Assembly (NCBI GenBank): GCA_004321885.1
Contig: SCQK01000014.1
Span: 95,464-159,463 of the forward strand
Length of the DNA stretch: 64,000 nucleotides
Reading direction: 5' to 3'
From: Patescibacteria group bacterium
GTDB lineage: Bacteria; Patescibacteriota; Patescibacteriia; Magasanikbacterales; GWA2-37-8
Below the pieces are notes generated by a model. It saw only the letters and a list, made by a program, of their open reading frames with translations. It was not told the DNA's origin and made no database searches. A program made the position numbers and the translations under genes. This document shows, piece by piece, positions 44,976 to 55,142 of the stretch. The number at the start of each line of letters is the position of its first letter. Positions within the stretch are counted from its first letter, which is position 1.

Positions 44976-45734
44976 ATGGGCCATGAAAAATGGTTAATTA
45001 AACACGAAGAGGAGTGGCGCGTTAAAGACGCTATTAGACGCGCCCTGTTTGAAACCCGTAGTTCTGATACGCCTGAAAGCATATATGCCGTGATGGTCGG
45101 AGTACTTAAAGATTTGGTGTCAAAAATGGACGAAATTTCCCTGTCTAAATTAAAAAGAGGCCGCGAATACGTGCTGTCTGATAAGATGCTAAAGGATTTA
45201 GCCGATGGAATGTTGGATTATGTAATTAAGAGAAACGAGTTGAAAGTTGATGATGAGATGATAAGGCGTAGAACAGCGTTGATTTTAGAAGCGCTTAGAG
45301 AATATTCGGATGGCGTTTCGCGCTCGCTTGCCGAGCCGGTAATAAATCGGGTCGAACAAAAATTAAGGGATAATCGTTTGGAGGAACAGTCTCAATTTTC
45401 TTTATTGGATGCCGATCAGATATTTATGCGGCTTAAGAGGTTGAGCATCCCTGGCATGAGAAAAATGCTTCTTAATCCACGTAGTAGCACTTTGCATAAT
45501 TTATTATTGCAATCTATTGTTGAGACCGATTTTTCGGAAACAAATATAACCGAGTCAGCCCGTATTTTTACGGATAAGTTATTCGGTAAAATAGATAAAG
45601 AAAATCCAGAAGCTAACGCTTTTTTAATTAAAATTGAGCAATGGTTAGGTGATGAAAAGAATCAACAATCATTGCATTTATTAAAACAAGAATGGGAAGC
45701 AACGCAAAGGGAAGGCAAGCCGCCCGTAAGATAA
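44976..45734 (+). CDS. AT-rich hypothetical protein (252 aa)
   Basis: ORF only; preceded by family-A repeat 44932..44969. Confidence 0.45.
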   Translation: MGHEKWLIKHEEEWRVKDAIRRALFETRSSDTPESIYAVMVGVLKDLVSKMDEISLSKLKRGREYVLSDKMLKDLADGMLDYVIKRNELKVDDEMIRRRTALILEALREYSDGVSRSLAEPVINRVEQKLRDNRLEEQSQFSLLDADQIFMRLKRLSIPGMRKMLLNPRSSTLHNLLLQSIVETDFSETNITESARIFTDKLFGKIDKENPEANAFLIKIEQWLGDEKNQQSLHLLKQEWEATQREGKPPVR

Positions 45735-45740
45735 CGGGAG

Positions 45741-46601
45741 TTAAACCCTCTCCTGCCAGCGCGCGTCTTTTTCCACTTCCAGTTCCAGATAAACTTTTTT
45801 GTTGAGCGCGGTTTCCAGTTCTTTGCGCGCCGCGATGCCGATTTCTTTGATGGCTCGTCCGCCCGCGCCGATAATCATTTTTTTGTAGCGGCTGTCATTG
45901 GTGTAGATGACGGCTTTAATCACGAAGAGCTCGGGTTTTTCTTCCACGTCCATTATTTCCACGTGCGTGGAATAAGGCACTTCTTTACGCAGGGCTTTGA
46001 AGATTTTTTCGCGGATAATTTCCGCCAGCCAAAAGTCGCGGCCGATGTTGGTGATTTGGTTGTCGGTGTAAAGCGGTTCGCCTTCGGGCAAAAGTTCAAA
46101 AACTTTTTCCACCAAGGGCTGAACGTGACGGTTGCGCAGGGCCGACAATTCAAACATGGCCGTGAAATCCGGCGCGAGCGCTTTGTAATCGTCCAAAAAT
46201 TGTTTTTCTTCTTCTGGCAAATCGGATTTGTTGAGCACCAGCAGTTTGGGAACCGTCAAATTTCTTATCAGCGACAGGGCGTATCTTTCTTCCGCACCGA
46301 TGGAATTCGCCGGGTCAACGATGTAAATAATAAGGTCAACGTTTTTGGTGGCTTCCTTGGCGCGTTCGGTAAGCTTGCCCGACATCGGTCCTCTTTTTTC
46401 TTTGAAAATTCCCGGGGTATCAACAAAAACCGCCTGGCCTTGCGCCGAGTTCAGCACACCGTGTATAATATTTCTGGTGGTTTGGGGTTTGTCGGTGACT
46501 GCCGCCAGCTTGGTGCCCACCATGGTGTTCATCAGCGTGGATTTGCCCACGTTACTGCGGCCGATAATGGTGACAAAACCGGATTTGAAATTTGAAGTCA
46601 T
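45741..46601 (-). CDS. era: GTPase Era
   Basis: GRSNVGKST (G1), DTPG (G3), NKSD (G4), C-terminal KH domain. Confidence 0.92.
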   Translation of the reverse strand: MTSNFKSGFVTIIGRSNVGKSTLMNTMVGTKLAAVTDKPQTTRNIIHGVLNSAQGQAVFVDTPGIFKEKRGPMSGKLTERAKEATKNVDLIIYIVDPANSIGAEERYALSLIRNLTVPKLLVLNKSDLPEEEKQFLDDYKALAPDFTAMFELSALRNRHVQPLVEKVFELLPEGEPLYTDNQITNIGRDFWLAEIIREKIFKALRKEVPYSTHVEIMDVEEKPELFVIKAVIYTNDSRYKKMIIGAGGRAIKEIGIAARKELETALNKKVYLELEVEKDARWQERV

Positions 46602-46649
46602 AGTTGGTATACTATGTTATAGGAAAATGGAGGAATTGACAAGGGTGAT

Positions 46650-47090
46650 ATGAAGGTTGTCTTGGTTCAAAATGTTTCGGGCTTGGGGAAAGCCGATGAA
46701 GTGAAGGAAGTGGCCGACGGCTACGCGCGCAATTTTTTGTTTGCCAAAAATTTGGCGGTGCCGGCGACCAGCAAGATTTTGAGCGATTTGGCGGCGCGTC
46801 AGGCCAAGAAAACAAAAAACGCCGAGCAAGATTTGCGCGACCAGCAGGCGACGGCGGAAAAATTAGACGGGCGCGAAGTGTTTGTAAAAGAAAAGGCCAG
46901 CGAGAGCGGCGCTTTGTACGCGGCCGTGGGTCCGCAAAAAATCAGCGAGGCCCTGAAAAAGATGGGGTTTGCAGTGAATAAAAACAAGATAATTTTGAAA
47001 CCAATAAAAGAAGCCGGGGAGTACAAAGCCAAAATAAAATTAGGGCATGGTTTGGAAGCCGAGATCACAATCGTAGTGAATTTGGTCTGA
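46650..47090 (+). CDS. rplI: 50S ribosomal protein L9
   Basis: MKVVLVQNVSGLGKADEVKEVADGYARNFL matches the L9 N-domain consensus. Confidence 0.9.
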   Translation: MKVVLVQNVSGLGKADEVKEVADGYARNFLFAKNLAVPATSKILSDLAARQAKKTKNAEQDLRDQQATAEKLDGREVFVKEKASESGALYAAVGPQKISEALKKMGFAVNKNKIILKPIKEAGEYKAKIKLGHGLEAEITIVVNLV

Positions 47091-47122
47091 ATGCATTAAA
47101 TTATTTGTTTTCTTAATTCAGT

Positions 47123-48748
47123 ATGCGCACGAAATACATTTTTGTCATAGGAGGAGTTTTGTCGGGAGTGGGAAAGGGGATAACAACGGCTTCCATCGGC
47201 CGCATTTTCAAAAATCGAGGTTTTAATGTTTCGGCCGTAAAAATAGACCCATACATCAACGTTGACGCCGGCACCATGAATCCAGTGGAGCATGGCGAGG
47301 TCTTTGTCACCGAAGACGGCGACGAAACCGACCAGGATATCGGCAATTACGAGCGTTTTTTGGACGAAAATATTTTGTCGGTAAATTACATGACTACCGG
47401 GCGAGTATATTTGAGCGTGATTCAAAAAGAGCGCAGTATGGGGTATAAAGGGCACTGCGTGCAGGTGGTGCCGCACGTGCCCATGGAAGTGATTGAGCGC
47501 ATTAAAACCGCGGCCAAGAAAGCCGCGGCCGAAATAATGGTGGTTGAAGTGGGCGGCACCGTGGGCGAATACGAAAATATCCTGTATCTGGAAGCGGCGC
47601 GTATGATGAAGTTGGACAATCCGGACGATGTGGCGTTTGTGCTGGTGAGCTATTTGCCCGTGCCCGGTCATTTGGGCGAGATGAAGACCAAACCCACCCA
47701 GCACGCGGCTCGCGCCCTAAACAACTGCGGCATTCAGCCGGATTTTATCATCGCCCGCGGCAAGTACGAGCTGGACAAGCCCCGTCGCGAGAAGCTGGCC
47801 TTTTTTTGCTGGCTGCCCTCGCGAGAATGCGTGATTTCCGTGCCCGACATGCCCACCACTTATGAAATTCCTTTGCTTTTGGAAAAAAATAAATTTTGCC
47901 AGCTGCTGGCCAAGAAATTAAGCATTGATTTGGGTGACAAGTACGACACGCAATGGGACAAGTTCATCGCTAAAATGAAAACCGCGGAGCGCAAGATAAA
48001 AATCGCGGTGGTCGGCAAGTATTTTTCCACCGGCGATTTTACTTTGGCCGATTCTTACACCTCGGTGATTCACGCGGTCAAGCACGCCTGCTGGAAAAAT
48101 GGCGTGGTGGCGGACATGACTTGGATTGACAGCGAGGACTATGAAAAAAATCCGAAAAAAGTGAAGGAGTTGGCGAAGTATGGCGCGTTAATAGTGCCGG
48201 GCGGGTTTGGCACGCGCGGCATAGAGGGGATAATTACGGCCATCCGCTGGGCGCGAGAAAATAATCTGCCGTATTTGGGTTTGTGCTATGGCATGCAGTT
48301 GGCGAGCGTGGAGTTCGCGCGCAATGTGCTCGGCTACGCCGACGCCCATACCGTGGAATGTGCCTCGGAAAGCAAGCATTTGATTATCAACATCAACCTC
48401 ACACAGAAAGAAAACGTAAAAAATAACCGCTATGGCGGCACCATGCGGCTGGGCGCGTACAATTGCGTTTTGAAAAAGGGGAGCGCGGCGCAAAAATTGT
48501 ACGGCGAAGAAAAAATCAGCGAGCGCCACCGCCATCGCTATGAGTTTGACAACAAATTCCGCGCCGAGATGGAAGCCAAAGGGATGGAAGTGGTGGGTAT
48601 AAATCCCGAGTCGGATTTGGTGGAAATAATCCAGTTCAAAAATCATCCTTTTTTCGTGGGCACGCAATTTCATCCGGAATTCAAATCCCGCCCCTTGCGC
48701 GCCCACCCGCTGTTTGACGGTCTAATCAAAGCGGCGCTGGGGAAATAG
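47123..48748 (+). CDS. pyrG: CTP synthase
   Basis: KYIFVIGGVLSGVGKGITTASIG N-terminus, C-terminal GATase with LGLCYGMQL. Confidence 0.96.
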   Translation: MRTKYIFVIGGVLSGVGKGITTASIGRIFKNRGFNVSAVKIDPYINVDAGTMNPVEHGEVFVTEDGDETDQDIGNYERFLDENILSVNYMTTGRVYLSVIQKERSMGYKGHCVQVVPHVPMEVIERIKTAAKKAAAEIMVVEVGGTVGEYENILYLEAARMMKLDNPDDVAFVLVSYLPVPGHLGEMKTKPTQHAARALNNCGIQPDFIIARGKYELDKPRREKLAFFCWLPSRECVISVPDMPTTYEIPLLLEKNKFCQLLAKKLSIDLGDKYDTQWDKFIAKMKTAERKIKIAVVGKYFSTGDFTLADSYTSVIHAVKHACWKNGVVADMTWIDSEDYEKNPKKVKELAKYGALIVPGGFGTRGIEGIITAIRWARENNLPYLGLCYGMQLASVEFARNVLGYADAHTVECASESKHLIININLTQKENVKNNRYGGTMRLGAYNCVLKKGSAAQKLYGEEKISERHRHRYEFDNKFRAEMEAKGMEVVGINPESDLVEIIQFKNHPFFVGTQFHPEFKSRPLRAHPLFDGLIKAALGK

Positions 48749-48764
48749 GCGCCGGGATGGGTCG

Positions 48765-48872
48765 CTGGCTCCACAGTCCCCGACAAAGTCGGGGCTGTGG
48801 AGCCGAAATGCTGGCCAACATTATGGCTCCACAGCCTCGGTCGCCTGCGGCGACCTCGGACTATGGAGCCAG
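48765..48872. repeat. REP-like hairpin array (family C), upstream flank of RAYT
   Basis: GGCTCCACAGTCCCCGACAAAGTCGGGGCTGTGGAGCC and GGCTCCACAGCC-TCGGTCGCCTGCGGCGACC-TCGGACTATGGAGCC; nested palindromes. Confidence 0.8.
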
Positions 48873-48913
48873 CCGATGAACAGTCAGCGATAAAAATATT
48901 CTTCTATAAACTT

Positions 48914-49459
48914 ATGCCGACGCCGCGGATAAATGAAGCGTATGAAAATTTGACGCATTTTTTGACGATAACGGTAGTAGAATGGATTGATATTTTTACA
49001 AAGAGAGAATATTTTGAGGCGATAGCAGAGAGTTTAAAATTTTGCAGAGAAAATAAAGGATTGTTGCTCTACGAATATGTGATAATGACCAATCATTTGC
49101 ATTTAATCGTAAGGGCCAAAGAAGGTTTCAAATTATCTCAAATAATCAGTGATTTTAAAAAATACACCGCAAGAGAAATCTGTAAATTATTGGCAACAGA
49201 TAATCGCAGGTATATTTTAAATCTGCTCAAAAATAGTTTTTCCAAAAAAGAGGGTTATCAAAATCAACTTTGGCAAAGGGAAAATTACGCCGAGCCGATG
49301 ACTTCCGGTAAATTTTTGGATGAAAAAATAACCTATATTTACAATAATCCAGTAAAAAAGGGTTTTGTGGCAAAGTCGGAGGACTGGCTTTATTCATCGG
49401 CAAGAAATAGGATATTGGGTGACCATTCAATATTGCGAGTGGATGATTTGGAAGGTTAG
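48914..49459 (+). CDS. REP-associated tyrosine transposase (RAYT; IS200/Y1 HUH-family)
   Basis: HUH motif in YVIMTNHLHLIVRA; catalytic Tyr candidate in FKKYTAREI; size about 180 aa; flanked on both sides by REP-like hairpin arrays. Start could be 48863 (inside the REP). Confidence 0.65.
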   Translation: MPTPRINEAYENLTHFLTITVVEWIDIFTKREYFEAIAESLKFCRENKGLLLYEYVIMTNHLHLIVRAKEGFKLSQIISDFKKYTAREICKLLATDNRRYILNLLKNSFSKKEGYQNQLWQRENYAEPMTSGKFLDEKITYIYNNPVKKGFVAKSEDWLYSSARNRILGDHSILRVDDLEG

Positions 49460-49690
49460 CTCGCTGGCTGCACGCTGGCTCCATAGTTTTTCGCGAAGCG
49501 AAAACTGTGGAGCCAGAATGCCAGCACTATGGCTCCACAGCCCCGACTTTGTCGGGGACTATGGAGCCAGCGACAACGCCAAGATGCCGGACAGCACTAT
49601 GGCTCCACAGCCCCGACTTTGTCGGGGACTATGGAGCCAGCGATAACAAAATGCCAGCACTGCGGCAGCGATTGCTATGGAGCCAGCGAC
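49460..49690. repeat. REP-like hairpin array (family C, 5-6 units), downstream flank of RAYT
   Basis: Repeated GGCTCCA(C/T)AGCCCCGACTTTGTCGGGGACTATGGAGCC units, with variant inner loops (e.g. TTTTTCGCGAAGCGAAAA). Confidence 0.85.
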
Positions 49691-49691
49691 T

Positions 49692-51008
49692 TTATCTCCC
49701 TTTTAGCCGTATCACAACGTTTATCGTGCGCAGAAGAATCGCGAGGTCCAAGAGTGGCCCGCGGTTTTTGATGTAATATAAATCGTATTCCAATTTGCGC
49801 AGGTTTTCTTCCAGGGTGCCGTAGTAGTCGCGGCGCAGTTGAGCCCAGCCGGTCATGCCCGGCTTGATTAAATGGCGCAAATTATAATACGGCATTTGCC
49901 CTGTTAGCTGCGCCACAAACTCCGGCCGTTCCGGGCGTGGACCAATCACCGACATTTCTCCCTTCAAGATGTTTATAAACTGCGGCACTTCGTCCAGCCG
50001 GGTTTTGCGCAAAATTTTACCCACGCCCGTTACTCGCGGGTCGTCCGTGGCGGCAAAACGCGGGCCTTCGGTTTCGGCGCTGCCGTCGGCTGAGAGCGCT
50101 TTCATAGTGCGGTATTTATAAACGGTAAATTCGCCGCCCAGCCGCCCCACCCGTTTTTGCTTGAAAAATATGGGCCCGGGCGAAGATAGCTTTACGCCGA
50201 GCGCCACCAGCGGAAATGAAATTATAAAAATCGCGCCGATAACAAAAGCCGCCAGATAGTCAACCAAAATCCTAAATCGGTCCCAGATTTTTTTCTGCTG
50301 TTCCTGCAGGTGTGAAATAAACCAGGACTCGGAAAAAGTAAAGGGCGGGATGCGGCCAAACACCGCGGCGTAAAAATCAGCCAGCTCCATCACGCTTGTC
50401 TGCGCGAACAGGCTGTCGTACAGTTCTTTCAGCAGTTCGTTGTTTTTTTCCAGGCCCGGCGCCAGCACAATGATGTCGGCGCGCTCGTTGGATTGTTTTT
50501 GTATAGTCCTAAATCCTCGTTGTGGTTCTTTATTAAAAATATCTATTAACTCTTGCACCTCGGGCGTATAACCCATGAAAATAACTTTTTGCGCTAAAAA
50601 TTTCACGGAAACAAATTGGTTGTAGAGGTATCGCCACAAATACATCAGCCCCACGCCGAGCGCGAAATTCAGGCCCAAAATGGTTTTTGGGGTAACTAAA
50701 TTGCGGTAAGAGGCAAAGTAAAAATAAATGAAACCGGCGAATAGCCAAATGGCGCCGGCGATGGCGATTTGAATGAAGTATCCTTTGCTGTTTTTGATTT
50801 TGAACAAATCATAAAGCCCGACAATGAAGTTTATGACCGCGGCCAGCAAGAACAAAAAAGTCATGGGCCTTAGCAAAATCAAAAGTTGTTCGCCGGGAAA
50901 AGACAGGTAACGCAAAAAAATGGCAAAATACAGGCCGATGTACAGGCAGGCCAGGTCGCCGGCTAGCAGGGTGAGTTGTTTAACGCGGTACATAACAGCA
51001 ATTTCCAA
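49692..51008 (-). CDS. Polyprenyl-phosphate glycosyl-1-phosphate transferase (bacterial sugar transferase, WbaP/CpsE-like)
   Basis: C-terminal FKQKRVGRLGGEFTVYKYRTM...DEVPQFINILKGEMSVIGPRPERPEF...YYIKNRGPLLDLAILLRT; N-terminal TM bundle. Confidence 0.9.
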   Translation of the reverse strand: MEIAVMYRVKQLTLLAGDLACLYIGLYFAIFLRYLSFPGEQLLILLRPMTFLFLLAAVINFIVGLYDLFKIKNSKGYFIQIAIAGAIWLFAGFIYFYFASYRNLVTPKTILGLNFALGVGLMYLWRYLYNQFVSVKFLAQKVIFMGYTPEVQELIDIFNKEPQRGFRTIQKQSNERADIIVLAPGLEKNNELLKELYDSLFAQTSVMELADFYAAVFGRIPPFTFSESWFISHLQEQQKKIWDRFRILVDYLAAFVIGAIFIISFPLVALGVKLSSPGPIFFKQKRVGRLGGEFTVYKYRTMKALSADGSAETEGPRFAATDDPRVTGVGKILRKTRLDEVPQFINILKGEMSVIGPRPERPEFVAQLTGQMPYYNLRHLIKPGMTGWAQLRRDYYGTLEENLRKLEYDLYYIKNRGPLLDLAILLRTINVVIRLKGR

Positions 51009-51028
51009 TTTCCAATTTTTGATGTATA

Positions 51029-53017
51029 ATGACAGGGCAAAATATGCCTCAATGTTACTCTAAAATTCTTAAAAAATCAACTATAACGGGTTTGCTGACA
51101 TTTTTTATATTTACTCAAAACGCCGCGGCCATTGTGCCCAATGACGCCAGTTACGCTTATCAAAGCAAAATTTGGCAGCAGGTGGGCGCCGAGGCGGCTT
51201 GGGAAAAAACCACCGGCTCGGCCGATGTGGCGCTCGCCGTAATTGACACCGGGTTGGACGCCAGGCACGCGGATTTGGCCGGAAATTTGTGGCAAAATCC
51301 GGGTGAAATCTTGAACGGCGAGGATGATGATAATAATGGTTTTGTGGATGACATAAACGGCTGGAATTTTGTCGAAGAAAACAACAACATTGAAACCCCG
51401 ACCACGGACGCCGGCGATGACCCGGGAGCGGTGCACCACGGCACGGTTACGGCCGGCCTGGCCGGCGCTGTCGGCAACAACGGCCTGTACGGCACGGGCA
51501 TAAATTGGCAGGTAAAAATAATGCCTTTGCGGGCCATAAAAAATAACGGCAGCGGGTCGTTGCTTAATGTGGCCAAAGCCGTGGATTACGCCATGAAAAA
51601 GGGCGCGGATGTGATTAGTTTGAGCCTGGTGGGAAGCGACCAGGATGAATTTTTGGAAAAAACATTGCGGCGCGCCTATGACAAGGGCATTGTGCTGGTG
51701 GCCGCGGCCGGCAACAAGCGCAAAGAAGGAGAGGGTAATTTGGATGAGTATCCAATTTACCCGATTTGCGCTGATTTAAGCGCGGCGGGGAGTGTCGGCT
51801 CTGTTGGCGAAAACTGGCTGCTCGGCGCGACTTCGGTGGATGGATTTGACAGGCTTAGCGACTTTGCCAGTTATGGAAAGTGCGTTGATTTGGCTGCGCC
51901 CGGGGAGGGTATTTACAGCACTGAAAGATATTCGCCCGCAGCTGGCTACAACGAGCAATTTGGCGGGGCCTGGGGCGGCACTTCTTTTGCCGTGCCCATC
52001 GTGGCCGGGGCCGCGGCCCTGGTAAAATCCGCGCGTCCCGAGTGGCGGGCCAAAGAAATTATTAACGCCCTGCTTTCCACGGCTGATAAAATTGATGCGC
52101 AAAATCCCGGGTTCGCGGGCAAATTGGGGTATGGCCGGTTGAACATCGCGAAAGCGGTGGACGAAGCGTTGAAGCCAGGGGCCTTGGCCGACCAATTCCG
52201 CGACGTGTATTTTATTTCGCAAAACGTTGTGTATCGGCGCGATTTGGCCGGTGATTCACAAACCATTGTTTCCAAAGTGGGCGAGGCGCGCGCCCTGTCG
52301 CTGGCCATGCTGGATACAGACGCTGACGGCGCCAGGGAAATCGCGGTTTTATTGCAGAGAGGGAAGTTTTATTATATTCGTTTGATGTACGCGAACGGCG
52401 CGTTCATCAGGGAATTTTCTTTGCCGCCTGAGATAGAAAAAAAGCCGGCCGTGGCCGTGGAAATAAAGGCTTACCCGGCCGGGTCGGGGATTGTGGCGCG
52501 TATGCGCAAGAATGGCGATGGCAACGACAGGTTTTATTTGTTTGATTTAACGGGCAAACAAAAATTGTCCGTGAAAGCAGCGCGATCGGCCGCGTGGGAG
52601 ATGACATCAGCGGGCGAGCTGGCGCTGGCGTATGCAAACAAAGGAAAGATGCGTCTGGAAATTCGGGATTGGAAAGGCAAGCGCGCGCAGTCGTGGAATT
52701 TGAACCGCGGCGCGAACAAGATATGGTCTCTGCAACGGGCGAACTTGTGGGGCGAGGGCGCGCAGTGGGCGCTTGTCACCGCGCGTGGAAATGACATTGA
52801 ATATACCGTCGCTGATTTTGAAAATAGCAGTTTTTTTACCGCGTCAATCGGGGAGAACAAGAAAGGGGTGAGCTGGGGAATGATGATTGGGCCATTGGGT
52901 ACGTTGGTTTTGCCGTATAATTCGGCCGGCGGCGCTTTCGGCGCCCTGGACGGCCGCGCCAACGGCTTGAAATATTTTGAATTGCCGGCAGGGATGGGGA
53001 GCGCGGCGGCGGATTGA
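51029..53017 (+). CDS. Secreted subtilisin-like serine protease (S8) with large C-terminal extension
   Basis: Asp VAVIDTGLD, His HGTVTAGLAG, Ser GTSFAVPIVAGAAAL; signal peptide. Confidence 0.85.
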   Translation: MTGQNMPQCYSKILKKSTITGLLTFFIFTQNAAAIVPNDASYAYQSKIWQQVGAEAAWEKTTGSADVALAVIDTGLDARHADLAGNLWQNPGEILNGEDDDNNGFVDDINGWNFVEENNNIETPTTDAGDDPGAVHHGTVTAGLAGAVGNNGLYGTGINWQVKIMPLRAIKNNGSGSLLNVAKAVDYAMKKGADVISLSLVGSDQDEFLEKTLRRAYDKGIVLVAAAGNKRKEGEGNLDEYPIYPICADLSAAGSVGSVGENWLLGATSVDGFDRLSDFASYGKCVDLAAPGEGIYSTERYSPAAGYNEQFGGAWGGTSFAVPIVAGAAALVKSARPEWRAKEIINALLSTADKIDAQNPGFAGKLGYGRLNIAKAVDEALKPGALADQFRDVYFISQNVVYRRDLAGDSQTIVSKVGEARALSLAMLDTDADGAREIAVLLQRGKFYYIRLMYANGAFIREFSLPPEIEKKPAVAVEIKAYPAGSGIVARMRKNGDGNDRFYLFDLTGKQKLSVKAARSAAWEMTSAGELALAYANKGKMRLEIRDWKGKRAQSWNLNRGANKIWSLQRANLWGEGAQWALVTARGNDIEYTVADFENSSFFTASIGENKKGVSWGMMIGPLGTLVLPYNSAGGAFGALDGRANGLKYFELPAGMGSAAAD

Positions 53018-53066
53018 TTTTGTGCCGGAAGAATGGTAAAATAAATATAATTGAAAATTTTTATAT

Positions 53067-54095
53067 ATGGACACCCCTATTTTTGAGAAAAAAAACGTGG
53101 TCGTTACCGGCGGCGCCGGCTTTATCGGCTCGCATTTGTGCGAGCGCCTGCTTAAAGAAGCCAAGGTAATTTGCCTAGACGATTTTTCCAATTCAGACCC
53201 GGCCAACATCAAGCACCTCTTGCAGTATCCGGATTTTGAGTTTATAAAATTGGACGTGAATCAGCCCATTGATTTGGAAAAATTTGACGAGCTGGAAAAA
53301 TTCAAGGTGAAATTTCAGGGCGTGCAGGAAATTTATCATCTGGCCTGCCCCACCAGCCCCAAGGATTTTGAAAAATTGAAAATGAAATCGCTGTGGGCCA
53401 ACTCGGCCAGCATGCTTTATACACTGGACTTGGCCGTGAAGTACAAGGCCAAGTATGTGTTTACTTCCAGCTCGGTGGTCTATGGCGAGGCGCCCGGGGA
53501 AAACGCGCTTCTGCCGGAAACTTTTCAGGGCGTGGTGGACCATCTGACCCCGCGCGCCTGCTATGACGAGGGCAAGCGGTTTGCCGAGACCTGCGTGGAA
53601 ACCTATCGCCAGGTATATGGCGTGGACGCCAAGATAGCGCGCGTGTTCACCACCTTTGGGCCGCGCATGAAACTGTTTGAGGGCCAACTGATTCCGGATT
53701 TTATCATCAACGCGCTGGAGGGCAAAGACCTGGTGATTTACGGGGATGAGAATTTTTCCACCTCGCTGTGTTATATCTCCGACACGATAGACGGTTTGGC
53801 GCGCCTGATGGCGACTGGGCCCGAGGTGAAAATCGTGAACCTGGGTGGTGATATTATTTACAAGATGAAAGATGTGGCGCAAACGATAATTGACATTACC
53901 AATTCTGAATCAAAAATTATTTTTGAAGCCCCGCTGTTGTTTTTAACCAAAAAAGGCGCGCCGGATTTGCACTACACCAAAGACGCGCTGGGCTGGATGC
54001 CGCTGGTGCGTTTGCCAGACGGCTTGCAGAAGACCGTGGATTACACCATCGCCAACAAGGAAGCGCTGATGTTTGGCAATCATTTGTCATCTTGA
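53067..54095 (+). CDS. NAD-dependent nucleotide-sugar epimerase/dehydratase (UDP-glucuronate decarboxylase-like SDR)
   Basis: VVVTGGAGFIGSHLCERLL Rossmann motif; catalytic YDEGKRFAE (YxxxK). Confidence 0.85.
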   Translation: MDTPIFEKKNVVVTGGAGFIGSHLCERLLKEAKVICLDDFSNSDPANIKHLLQYPDFEFIKLDVNQPIDLEKFDELEKFKVKFQGVQEIYHLACPTSPKDFEKLKMKSLWANSASMLYTLDLAVKYKAKYVFTSSSVVYGEAPGENALLPETFQGVVDHLTPRACYDEGKRFAETCVETYRQVYGVDAKIARVFTTFGPRMKLFEGQLIPDFIINALEGKDLVIYGDENFSTSLCYISDTIDGLARLMATGPEVKIVNLGGDIIYKMKDVAQTIIDITNSESKIIFEAPLLFLTKKGAPDLHYTKDALGWMPLVRLPDGLQKTVDYTIANKEALMFGNHLSS

Positions 54096-54111
54096 ATTAA
54101 GCGCGCGGCCG

Positions 54112-54189
54112 GATGTGTTCTCGCTTTCCTCGGCCGCGAGGCCTCGGCCATCCCGACTGAGTCGGGATAAGGCGCTACGAACACATCCA
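54112..54189. repeat. 78-bp inverted-repeat element, left copy, flanking glycosylation cassette
   Basis: Reverse complement of 57577..57653 (about 70/78 matches). Internally partly palindromic (GGATGTGTT...AACACATCC ends; core CCCGACTGAGTCGGG). Confidence 0.85.
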
Positions 54190-54208
54190 GCCGCGTTTAT
54201 CTTTCGCT

Positions 54209-54880
54209 ATGATTTGCATCGTTGTCCCAGCGTACAATGAAGAGAAAAAAATAGGTCGCGTGGTGCGCGGCCTTTTTGAACATGGGTTTGAAAATGTGGT
54301 GGTGGTTGACGATGGGTCGGATGATCGAACGGCCGAGGAGGCGCTGGCTGCCGGAGCGACGGTTTTGCGCCACGAGTTAAACCGCGGACAGGGCGCGGCT
54401 TTGCAGACGGGAAATGAGTACGCGCTGGCGCGCGGCGCGGAGATGGCGGTGCATTTTGACGCCGACGCCCAACATAACCCGGCCGACATCGGGCCGGCCA
54501 CAGAGACCCTGCGTCAGAGCGGGGCGGATATTTTGCTCGGTTCGCGTTTTTTGGACAATCGTTCCAAAATGCCGTGGTTTAAAAAACATGTTTTACTACC
54601 CGTCGGCCGATGGATAAATTATGTGTTCACCGGTTTGAAGCTGTCGGACGCGCACAACGGCTTCAGAATTTTGACGCGCCGCGCTTTGGAAAAACTAAAC
54701 ATCACCCAGGACCGCATGGCGCACAACACCGAGCTGGTGGCGCAGATAAAAAAGCACGGATTAAAGCACATTGAATTTCCGGTGGAGGTGACGTACCATG
54801 AGTACGGGCAAAGAGCGGGGGACGGGTTTAAGATTATAGGGGAATTATTGTTGGAATCGTTTGGCAGGAAAAAGATGTGA
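54209..54880 (+). CDS. GT2-family glycosyltransferase (dolichyl/polyprenyl-phosphate sugar synthase-like)
   Basis: IVVPAYNEEKKIGRVV, VVVVDDGSDDRT, ILLGSRF. Confidence 0.85.
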   Translation: MICIVVPAYNEEKKIGRVVRGLFEHGFENVVVVDDGSDDRTAEEALAAGATVLRHELNRGQGAALQTGNEYALARGAEMAVHFDADAQHNPADIGPATETLRQSGADILLGSRFLDNRSKMPWFKKHVLLPVGRWINYVFTGLKLSDAHNGFRILTRRALEKLNITQDRMAHNTELVAQIKKHGLKHIEFPVEVTYHEYGQRAGDGFKIIGELLLESFGRKKM

Positions 54881-54883
54881 GGT

Positions 54884-54932
54884 TTGAATTTCCAATTACC
54901 AATTTCCAATAAATTTCCAATTTCCAAATTTA
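54884..54932. promoter_or_regulatory. TTTCCAATTTCCAA direct-repeat block downstream of GT2 gene
   Basis: GAATTTCCAATTACCAATTTCCAATAAATTTCCAATTTCCAAATTT; related short copy at 51001..51020. Confidence 0.35.
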
Positions 54933-55142
54933 AAACTCGCCATACGATTATGAAAATCGCTTTGTGTCACAGCATGCAGTTTGCCGAAAAGGCAAAAGAG
55001 GTACAGGATTGGTTCGCGGCCAATAGAAAATTGTGATGTGGCTGCCGATTTATTTGCTCAATCCAATTCCGGCCATGCCGTATTACGAAACAGAGATTAT
55101 CGCCATGAAACCCATAATAATAAACAGTGATTTAAATAAAAT

